Both the position numbers and the translations under genes were made by a program. A DNA stretch of 24,000 nucleotides, from contig JAHBUW010000002.1 of NCBI GenBank assembly GCA_019637875.1, forward strand, positions 385,517 to 409,516. The letters are read 5' to 3'. The notes beneath the pieces are model-generated. The model did not search any database. It was not told the DNA's origin and saw nothing but the letters and a program-made list of their open reading frames with translations. This document shows, in pieces, positions 7,587 through 13,814 of this stretch (the first letter of the stretch is position 1; each line of letters opens with the position of its first letter). This DNA is from Pseudobdellovibrionaceae bacterium (lineage in GTDB: Bacteria > Bdellovibrionota > Bdellovibrionia > Bdellovibrionales > Bdellovibrionaceae).

Positions 7587-9056
7587 ATGAAAATCGATCC
7601 GAAAACACGACGCGCCTTTCTGGTCGGTAGCGGACGCACGCTCATGGCTTTGCCGTTCCTGCCTTCGATCATGCCCCGCGCGATGGCGCAGTCGGGCCCC
7701 GTCATCAAAAAACGTTTCGTCATGATCCATAGCGGTCACTGCCAGGCCGTCGAGCAATGGTTGCCCGATCCCGCGCGCTTCACGTTCACCGAACGCACGA
7801 ACGGACGCGAGGTCGCCTTGAGCTCGATTCCCGGCACGATGTCGCCCGTCTTGGGGACGCATTTCGACGCCCTTCGCTCGAAGCTGATCATCCTTTCGCG
7901 GATGGACCCGACGACCACGATGCCGAACCACAATCCCGAGTTCCTGTTGACGGGGGGAGTTCTCTCCGAGTCGGCCGACTCCCTCGATCACGTGCTCGCG
8001 GCGAAGCTCTACGCGACGGCGCCGCTCAATCTGCATGTGCGCTCGGTGTTTGACCAGTACAACTCGGGCTCTTTTCACGTCAGTGTCCGCAATAAGTCCT
8101 ATGTGCCCGGTCAATTCAACCCCCGCGCGGTTTTCGAAAGCATCTTCGGGAACGGCACGCCCGCCGCGACGCCACGGCGTCAGCTGCTCGCGGTCGATCG
8201 GGTCCTTGAAGAGATGCGGGCGCTCAAAGCGAACCGCAATTTGTCCTCGGCGGACCGGCAACGCCTGGATCAACACACCGAACTCGTTTTCGACGTCGAA
8301 AGAAAGTTGAATACGCCGGCGGTCATCCTGCCGGGTTGTTCGAACCTGACGGGGCCGGCGAGTTCGCCGGTCGGCTCGACGAATTCCGCGTCCTACCAGG
8401 TCGTCCTCGATCAGATGTTCGACGTGCTCGAGCTTTCGATGAAGTGCGGGCATACGCACGTCGCGACTTTGATGATGCACATCTACGACTACTTCGCGGG
8501 GAACGTCGGCTTCATTCCGGGCATCCCGAACACCGTGCGCGTGCACGAAGACATCGGACACGCCTCGGAAGATCCCTCGCACCGTCCGCTGAAGCTTCTT
8601 TGGAGCCAGTTCCTGTCCCAACGGGTCGCGCGCTTCCTGACGAATTTGAACAGCGTCGAAGACACCAATACGGGCGCCACCTTCCTGGATAACTCCATCG
8701 TCGTCTGGGGGAACGATCAAGGCGCGCTCGAAAATACGGTCGCCCACAACTCGCAAAATATCCCTCTGCTGATCGCGGGCAGCGCCGGCGGCTTCCTGAA
8801 AACCGGCAAATACGTCGACTACGGCCCGGCTTACGCCGCCAATCTGCGACGCCCCGTGGGCGGCGACGAAGGCCCCTACCGCCGCGGCCGTCCCTACAAT
8901 CAGCTGCTCGTCACCATCGCCCGCGCGATGGGCCTTCAGCCCGCCGACTACGAAACCAACGGCGTGCAGGGCTTCGGCTTCTACGGCCCCCGCACCTTCA
9001 GCCACGACTATCTGGGCGGCAACCACCGCCGGGATTTGCTGCCGCTGATTACTTGA
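7587..9056 (+). CDS. DUF1552-family protein with a twin-arginine (Tat) signal
   Basis: The track ORF starts at GTG 7581. ATG 7587 (MKIDPKTRRAFLVGSGRTLMALPFLPSIMPRAMA/Q) follows a GAGGTGGG SD. It starts 2-8 nt after the stop of the upstream gene (TGA 7577..7579), which suggests translational coupling. TRRAFL matches the Tat consensus S/T-R-R-x-F-L. The usual genomic partner of this family is a DUF1592 protein, recalled from memory. Confidence 0.8.
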   Translation: MKIDPKTRRAFLVGSGRTLMALPFLPSIMPRAMAQSGPVIKKRFVMIHSGHCQAVEQWLPDPARFTFTERTNGREVALSSIPGTMSPVLGTHFDALRSKLIILSRMDPTTTMPNHNPEFLLTGGVLSESADSLDHVLAAKLYATAPLNLHVRSVFDQYNSGSFHVSVRNKSYVPGQFNPRAVFESIFGNGTPAATPRRQLLAVDRVLEEMRALKANRNLSSADRQRLDQHTELVFDVERKLNTPAVILPGCSNLTGPASSPVGSTNSASYQVVLDQMFDVLELSMKCGHTHVATLMMHIYDYFAGNVGFIPGIPNTVRVHEDIGHASEDPSHRPLKLLWSQFLSQRVARFLTNLNSVEDTNTGATFLDNSIVVWGNDQGALENTVAHNSQNIPLLIAGSAGGFLKTGKYVDYGPAYAANLRRPVGGDEGPYRRGRPYNQLLVTIARAMGLQPADYETNGVQGFGFYGPRTFSHDYLGGNHRRDLLPLIT

Positions 9057-9103
9057 TGGGTCGGATATGGGTGGGCCTATCGTGCCTGCTCATCAATGGA
9101 GCA

Positions 9104-9132
9104 GAAGACGCCAACAGGTCGTCGGCGTCTTC
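9104..9132. terminator. Hairpin between convergent genes (possible bidirectional terminator)
   Basis: GAAGACGCC-aacaggtcgtc-GGCGTCTTC is a perfect 9-bp stem, extendable by GGAG/CTCC with a 2-nt mismatch. There is no clear U-tract on either strand. The right arm overlaps the stop codon of the 163-aa gene. Confidence 0.4.
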
Positions 9133-9623
9133 TACTCCATAATTCTAATTTTTTCGATTTCCTTCGAATCACTACCAACCACATGAATCACTGAATATCT
9201 CACTTCGCCTAAAGGGATCAGAATTTCATCTAACGTCATTATCGCGCCTTGCATTTTTCTCGCAATCACATGATCAAACCTATAGCTCCCGCCCCTTGAC
9301 GCAAATTCCACGAAAACCGAAGTTGAATCCGATTCTTCACCTGCTCTTTTTACTTTTATAAAGGAAAAACCATTCAGATCTTCGTAACGGAATGCATATC
9401 TAGGGAATTGAAAGACCTCTCGCTCCAAGTCGGTGAGGCTCCAACGAATAGACTCCGCAACAACCTCTTCGAATATAGACTCGGCAATTCGATCCCATCC
9501 ATCGTAACCTGCAAACCGATCGTCGACCAAACCGACACGGCCCAGTGGACCGGCAACTTTCTCCATGCCCTCACGCGCGACGTCCATCAATATATGAATG
9601 CTTGTCTCAAGACTCTTGGTCAT
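9132..9623 (-). CDS. Hypothetical acidic cytoplasmic protein, 163 aa, no family recognised
   Basis: ATG with AAAGGTGA SD 3-4 nt upstream. It is visibly more AT-rich than its neighbours, has no signal peptide or TM segment, and is Asp/Glu-rich. I cannot recognise a domain. Confidence 0.6.
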   Translation of the reverse strand: MTKSLETSIHILMDVAREGMEKVAGPLGRVGLVDDRFAGYDGWDRIAESIFEEVVAESIRWSLTDLEREVFQFPRYAFRYEDLNGFSFIKVKRAGEESDSTSVFVEFASRGGSYRFDHVIARKMQGAIMTLDEILIPLGEVRYSVIHVVGSDSKEIEKIRIME

Positions 9624-9659
9624 CAGTCACCTTTCACGCATTTGAGATTGATATCAAGT

Positions 9660-9797
9660 CTAACGTCTATCATCGAGGCGATCAAAGAACTCAAAGCTCA
9701 GAATGAAACCCAAAGCCTCTTGATCAAGACGCTTCAAGCCCGCGTCGCGGAACTTGAAGCCCAACGCCAGGTCACGCTCGCTCTACCGGAGCGTTAG
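9660..9797 (+). pseudogene. 3'-terminal remnant of a second S74-chaperone fibre gene (paralogue of 3878..5059)
   Basis: IIEAIKELKAQNETQSLLIKTLQARVAELEAQR (9669..9767) aligns with MIEAIKELKSQNEVQSLLIQKLQARVSQLETQR (4957..5056). By hand count, 25 of the 32 residues from IEAIKEL to QR are identical, with clear nucleotide similarity. No start codon, SD or upstream domain is present. The rest of track ORF 9408..9797 is simply antisense to the 163-aa gene. Confidence 0.7.
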
Positions 9798-9820
9798 GTC
9801 CCATCCTCTCTGCCCTCCGC

Positions 9821-9849
9821 TTGCGTTCCTCGTCGGTTGCCGGTATGAA
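9821..9849 (+). promoter_or_regulatory. Candidate sigma70-type promoter for the riboswitch-sugE transcript
   Basis: TTGCGT (9821..9826), a 17-nt spacer, then TATGAA (9844..9849). This would put the transcription start about 15-20 nt upstream of the riboswitch. The match to consensus is modest (3/6 and 4/6). Confidence 0.3.
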
Positions 9850-9872
9850 ACCTTTGCGGTCATTCCGGCCGC

Positions 9873-9913
9873 CCGGACGAGATGCGCCGTACCCGGTTAG
9901 GACAAGACGACGC
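9873..9913 (+). promoter_or_regulatory. Guanidine-III (ykkC-III) riboswitch
   Basis: CCGGACGAGAUGCGCCGUACCCGGUUAGGACAAGACGACGC is 41 nt. It differs at only 3 positions from the Thermobifida fusca guanidine-III sequence as I recall it (CCGGACGAGGUGCGCCGUACCCGGUCAGGACAAGACGGCGC). The P1 pairing CCGG/CCGG is intact. P2 (GCGCCG with CGACGC) is intact apart from one C-A mismatch. It lies immediately upstream of the SD (AAGGAG 9920..9925) of a SugE/Gdx gene, the canonical regulated gene class. Confidence 0.9.
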
Positions 9914-9930
9914 TCCAAAAAGGAGTGTCT

Positions 9931-10254
9931 ATGTCCACGGCTTGGATTCTTTTGATTTTTGCCGGTCTGTTTGAAATTTGTTGGGCCATCGGTTTGAAGT
10001 ACACCGAAGGTTTCACGAAGCTTTGGCCGAGCGTCTTTACGCTCACCACGCTCGCGATCAGCATGTTTCTGCTCGCGAAGGCCAGCGCCACCCTGCCTAT
10101 CGGGACCGCGTACGCGGTGTGGGTCGGGATCGGGGCTCTGGGTGCCGCGATCCTGGGGATCTTTCTGTTTCACGAACCCGCGAGTCTGCCGCGTTTGGGA
10201 TTTCTGGCGCTGCTTGTGGTTTCGATCATCGGCTTGAAGCTGACCGCGGCTTAA
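9931..10254 (+). CDS. sugE: SMR-family guanidinium exporter (SugE/Gdx)
   Basis: MSTAWILLIFAGLFEICWAIGLKYTEGFTKLWPS...LPIGTAYAVWVGIGALGAAILGIFLFHE...IIGLKL is collinear with E. coli SugE. It is 107 aa with 4 TM segments. I prefer ATG 9931 (SD AAGGAG 5 nt upstream) over the track's GTG at 9925. Confidence 0.92.
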   Translation: MSTAWILLIFAGLFEICWAIGLKYTEGFTKLWPSVFTLTTLAISMFLLAKASATLPIGTAYAVWVGIGALGAAILGIFLFHEPASLPRLGFLALLVVSIIGLKLTAA

Positions 10255-10260
10255 CCGCAA

Positions 10261-10284
10261 GGAACACGGGACATCCCGTGTTCC
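10261..10284. terminator. Hairpin between convergent sugE and the 154-aa gene (possible bidirectional terminator)
   Basis: GGAACACGGG-acat-CCCGTGTTCC is a perfect 10-bp stem, 6 nt after the sugE stop and 1 nt before the stop of the minus-strand gene. The U-tracts are weak. Confidence 0.5.
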
Positions 10285-10285
10285 G

Positions 10286-10750
10286 CTACTCTTTCCGGAA
10301 ATCCAAAGCGCCCGTCCACGAAATGACTTGGTCCCCACGGCCCAGATCGGCCGGGCGCGCATGATCCGGCGAGCGGAAGTCCATCCCCTCGTCGTGGATC
10401 ACCAACACCAGCTCGTCGCGCATCAAACGATCCGCCGACGCCAGCAAGGACGAGATCTTCTCGGACAGCGGAATCGGATCGGCTTCGCACCGGGCGCAGG
10501 CCGCCTCCGTTCCCGTCATATGCCAGCGGCTGAAGATCATCATCGGTCCGAGCGAACGATCCCAGAACAGCTCAAGGTAATTCCCCTCGGGATTTTCCTC
10601 GGAGTCCAAACGCACCGAGAACTGATCTCCCGGAGCGCGGATCTTGAAATACGCCATCGCGTCCGGGCGCCAAGCCGCGAGCGCCCGCACGAACTCACCC
10701 GCTTCGGGATGCGCGGAACAGAAGGCGAGAACCTCGGCATCCCACTTCAT
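10286..10750 (-). CDS. Hypothetical acidic protein, 154 aa, translationally coupled to the upstream EEP gene
   Basis: I trimmed track ORF 10286..11062 (258 aa) to the ATG at 10750..10748. That ATG overlaps the EEP stop as ATGA (TGA = 10749..10747). The discarded N-terminal 104 codons lie out of frame inside the recognisable EEP gene. No domain recognised. Confidence 0.6.
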   Translation of the reverse strand: MKWDAEVLAFCSAHPEAGEFVRALAAWRPDAMAYFKIRAPGDQFSVRLDSEENPEGNYLELFWDRSLGPMMIFSRWHMTGTEAACARCEADPIPLSEKISSLLASADRLMRDELVLVIHDEGMDFRSPDHARPADLGRGDQVISWTGALDFRKE

Positions 10751-11766
10751 CGCACGAACTCCGCTTCGATCGGCAAGTGATCGCTCGCCAGATCCGGCCC
10801 CAAACGCGCCGACTTCAAAACGAAACTTCCACGGTACAGGACGTGATCGATCGGTACGCGCATCCAACTCGGAAAAGTCGTCGGCCACGACGGCAGCAAA
10901 CCGGACTGGGGACGGATGTTGCGCAAGCCCCCGGTTTCGATCGCCCGATAGTGCGTCGACCACGGAGCCGTATTCAAATCCCCCGCGACGATCAGGTCTT
11001 CGGTAACGCCGCGACTCCAAGCGCCCAGACGTTGCAAATGCCGATTGCGATCCGCGCCCCAAGCCGCACTGATGGGCGGAAGGGCATGGGTCGCGAGCAC
11101 GCGCGCGGGTCCACCGGGCGCGTTCACCAGAATTTCGAGGCTGTTGATGCCTTCGTCACTGAAGGTGGTCGTCGTTTTCGAAAGCAGGGGATAGCGGGAG
11201 TAAACCGCGATCCCGAAATTGTGGTCGTGCGGATCTTTCAGGCTCTGCGAAAGTTCGCCTTCAATCGCGGCGACCCCCGTCAGCCAGCGTTCGTCGACTT
11301 CGATCAAGATCAGAATATCCGGTTTGAAGTCGGCGACCCATTTCACAACTCGTTCGTAGTCGCGATTGTCCGTCTGCACATTCGCCATCCCGACCTTCAG
11401 CGCATAGGGATAACTGGTTGAATTGTCGGGCTTTGCCGAAAACTGATTCTCAAACAGCCAAGGCGACATCAGATAGAGGTTCGAAACGAAAGCCGCCGAG
11501 GCGATCAGGAAAATGCTTCGCTTTGATCGCACCGAACACAAAATCGCGACGACCAATGAGCCCCAAAGGCTCGGCCACAGAAAGGCCGCCAGATTATCGA
11601 GGGCCAGATGCGATCCGCGCAGCCAAAAAAGACCCGCGAGAATCGCGCTGAACATCGCGAGCACGGGGGACCATTGATCCAAACGCGCGCCCAACCATTT
11701 TTGCAGTGAGGAAAAGGGGTTCACACCCCGGACTTTAACGCCTTTTGCGTTCGTTGTCAGACTCAA
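10747..11766 (-). CDS. Membrane-anchored endonuclease/exonuclease/phosphatase (EEP) family protein
   Basis: Three N-terminal hydrophobic segments (WSPVLAMFSAILAGLFWL, LAAFLWPSLWGSLVVAILCSV, SIFLIASAAFVSNLYLMSPWL) precede an EEP fold pattern (KVGMANVQ...PDILILIEVD...ATHALPP...IVAGDLNTAPWS...IDHVLYRG...LASDHLPIEAEF). The start is uncertain. TTG 11766 overlaps the upstream gene by 32 nt, and the in-frame GTG at 11724 is an alternative. Confidence 0.8.
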   Translation of the reverse strand: MSLTTNAKGVKVRGVNPFSSLQKWLGARLDQWSPVLAMFSAILAGLFWLRGSHLALDNLAAFLWPSLWGSLVVAILCSVRSKRSIFLIASAAFVSNLYLMSPWLFENQFSAKPDNSTSYPYALKVGMANVQTDNRDYERVVKWVADFKPDILILIEVDERWLTGVAAIEGELSQSLKDPHDHNFGIAVYSRYPLLSKTTTTFSDEGINSLEILVNAPGGPARVLATHALPPISAAWGADRNRHLQRLGAWSRGVTEDLIVAGDLNTAPWSTHYRAIETGGLRNIRPQSGLLPSWPTTFPSWMRVPIDHVLYRGSFVLKSARLGPDLASDHLPIEAEFVR

Positions 11767-12379
11767 GAACGCGGATCAGGGTCTTCAGATCCGTCATCTC
11801 TTCTTTCAGATGAAGGATCTGCTCTTCCTTCTCTTGAAGCACCTGCGTGTAGGCCTTCTTGAGCTCGGTCAAAAGACGGTTCGCCGCGGTCAGAATCGGC
11901 TCGTGATTCTCTTTGTTGCTGAGGTTCTGAATCTCGGCATGCCACTGCGAAGAGACCGCCGGCGAAATGGTCGCCTCCGCCGGTGTCGTCGACAAGGACA
12001 CAGAGGCCACCTTCGTGGCCGACGGGGACAGGTGAGGAGAGGGGGCCTGCGCCCCCGATAGGTTAGAGGCTGCCGATGACTTCGGCGGCAGACCCGTCAC
12101 CATTTTCGGTGCGGGCGTCCGCTTCTCTTGCGTGAACGTGCTCGCGGGGGTCTCCGCCAGAAAAGTCTGTTCGCTGCTTAGGGAGGGGCGATGGACTTTC
12201 TGGTGGGTCCCGACAGGCTCGTCCATGATCAAGTACTTCCCATCTTCAAAGATGTACTTGATGTCATCGGCTTTGATCCTTCTCCGCAATGTACTGATGC
12301 TCACCTTATATTTCGATGAGTACTCAGTGAGGGGAAGGTAGCTGCTGTCCATGGTCAAAAGGATCTCCTGATTACTCAT
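11735..12379 (-). CDS. HTH (excisionase/MerR-like) domain protein with an S/T/P/A-rich linker and a C-terminal coiled coil
   Basis: I trimmed track ORF 11735..12703 because its 5' part overlaps the divergent patatin gene. Candidate starts are ATG 12379 (MSNQEILL...) or ATG 12351 (MDSSYLP..., AGGAG 12 nt upstream). The HTH-like segment is LPLTEYSSKYKVSISTLRRRIKADDIKYI. The C-terminal heptad-like segment is LLTELKKAYTQVLQEKEEQILHLKEEMTDLKTLIRVLE. Confidence 0.6.
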   Translation of the reverse strand: MSNQEILLTMDSSYLPLTEYSSKYKVSISTLRRRIKADDIKYIFEDGKYLIMDEPVGTHQKVHRPSLSSEQTFLAETPASTFTQEKRTPAPKMVTGLPPKSSAASNLSGAQAPSPHLSPSATKVASVSLSTTPAEATISPAVSSQWHAEIQNLSNKENHEPILTAANRLLTELKKAYTQVLQEKEEQILHLKEEMTDLKTLIRVLESDNERKRR

Positions 12380-12532
12380 CCTTGTGACTCTGTCCAAATC
12401 TGTCAAATGCTGGATGGTCAAAATAATCACGGCTATCCAAAATCTGATCCTTGGTCTGGATAGTCGGATGGATATCCTGGTCAAAGGGCCGTGATCAGCC
12501 CTGGTCTTTTGTTTGCGGTTGGTAAATAAACG

Positions 12533-13756
12533 GTGAATAATCAGCCCATGGGCCTGCGGATGCGCGATAAAAAGAAGATCGGCCTCGTTCTCTCCGGTGG
12601 GGGCATCAAAGCGGCTGCCTTCCATATAGGCGTTTGTTTGGCGCTCCGCGAAAAGGGTTTTCGGTTCGCCGGGGGCTCCAAGGACCTGGTCAAGAAGAAC
12701 CACCCCGACGAATCGGACAAGACGATCCGTCTTTATGTCGGGTCCAGTGCCGGGGCCTTCATGAGTTCCATGCTCGCGGCTGGTTACTCACTGGAAGCCC
12801 TGGTCAACGCCTTCGAAGTCGGGACCGGAAACTCCCCCCACTTCAAAGATCAAAACAGCCTCGATGCCCTTCGCCCGATCGGTTACCGCGACATCTTTTC
12901 CGTGAACGGGAAAGGCCTGCTGAAAACCATCCCCCTCGGCCTCCTGCGTAAATCCCTGATCAGCGGCGGCCTCGAAGCCCTGGTGAAGGACAAGTTCAAA
13001 GTGAACGGCTTCTTCACGACCAAGGGACTGGAAAAGTACCTGCGCGAGTACGCTTTGTCGCACAACGAGTTCAGCCAACTGGGCGTTGAGCTCTTCATCA
13101 TCGGCACACAGCTCAATCATACAAGGAAGGCTATCTTCGGAGCTTTCCCCGAGAAATCCAAAACCACGAACGTCAAATACGTGAATTACGCGAAGATCTC
13201 GGAAGCAGTCGCCGCGTCGACCTCGCTACCTCCCGTCTTCGCCCCCTACGGGCTGAAAAACGACGACGGCAAAGAGATGTTCTACTTCGATGGCGAGATT
13301 CGCGACACGCTTTCAACCCACGTCGCCGCCGATCACGGCGCCGATCTGGTCATCGCGAGTTATTCTGTGCAGCCGTATCACTATACTCAAGAGGTCGGAT
13401 CTCTTCACAATTTCGGAATCCCGGTCATCTTGAACCAGGCTTTGTACCAGGTGATCCAGCAGAAGATCGATCGCCACATCCGCAACCAACAGGACATTCG
13501 CGTCATCTACGAGTCCATCGACGGATACCTACAGAACACGAATCTGCCCGACGAACACCGGCAGAAGATCCTCGAGATGATCCGCGAACGCGCCGGTTTC
13601 AAGCCCAACGTCGACTACGTTTATATCCATCCCCGTCCGCACGACACCGAGATGTTCTTCGCGGACCACTTCAGCCTGAATCCGACGACGCTCGAGAAGA
13701 TCGTGAAGATCGGTTTTAAGTCAGCGATCTCGGCCCTGCGCGCCGCCGATTTGTAA
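12533..13756 (+). CDS. Patatin-like phospholipase family protein
   Basis: Oxyanion motif GLVLSGGGIKAAAFHIG, nucleophile elbow G-S-S-A-G (YVGSSAGAF) and catalytic Asp motif (YFDGEIRD). The start is uncertain: GTG 12533 (track), ATG 12548, or ATG 12560, which gives the typical MRDKKKIGLVLSGGG N-terminus. Confidence 0.88.
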   Translation: MNNQPMGLRMRDKKKIGLVLSGGGIKAAAFHIGVCLALREKGFRFAGGSKDLVKKNHPDESDKTIRLYVGSSAGAFMSSMLAAGYSLEALVNAFEVGTGNSPHFKDQNSLDALRPIGYRDIFSVNGKGLLKTIPLGLLRKSLISGGLEALVKDKFKVNGFFTTKGLEKYLREYALSHNEFSQLGVELFIIGTQLNHTRKAIFGAFPEKSKTTNVKYVNYAKISEAVAASTSLPPVFAPYGLKNDDGKEMFYFDGEIRDTLSTHVAADHGADLVIASYSVQPYHYTQEVGSLHNFGIPVILNQALYQVIQQKIDRHIRNQQDIRVIYESIDGYLQNTNLPDEHRQKILEMIRERAGFKPNVDYVYIHPRPHDTEMFFADHFSLNPTTLEKIVKIGFKSAISALRAADL

Positions 13757-13781
13757 TAAAAAAGCCCGCGGAAAGCGGGCT
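13757..13781. terminator. Bidirectional rho-independent terminator between patatin (+) and nuoN (-)
   Basis: AAAAAA-GCCCGC-ggaaa-GCGGGC-TCTT. On the minus strand the GC stem is followed by a T6 run, so it is a good terminator for the nuo operon. It begins directly after the patatin stop. Confidence 0.75.
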
Positions 13782-13814
13782 CTTAGGAAGCATGAATCGA
13801 GAGTCGAGTTCGGT

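Noticed and set aside
7467-9026. 519-aa ORF on the minus strand, one of the longest ORFs in the track
   Set aside because: It lies exactly antisense to the recognisable Tat-signal DUF1552-family gene. Its product is Arg/Gly/Ala/Asp/His-rich low-complexity sequence with no domain logic or SD, the typical shadow ORF of GC-rich coding DNA.
9408-9797. 129-aa plus-strand ORF treated as an intact gene
   Set aside because: Only the last ~43 codons resemble anything (the fibre C-terminus). The first ~85 codons are antisense to the better-supported 163-aa gene. I annotated it as a pseudogene remnant.
10286-11062. Long 258-aa form of the minus-strand ORF
   Set aside because: Its first ~104 codons overlap the EEP-family gene out of frame and are Arg/Gly-rich. 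An internal ATG forming an ATGA stop/start overlap with the EEP gene gives a coherent 154-aa product.
12533-13756. Patatin-like phospholipase as a CBASS CapV-type defence effector
   Set aside because: No CD-NTase/cyclase, E1/E2/JAB or other CBASS signalling gene is adjacent. The neighbours are an HTH/EEP unit and the nuo operon, so there is no support for a defence-system context.
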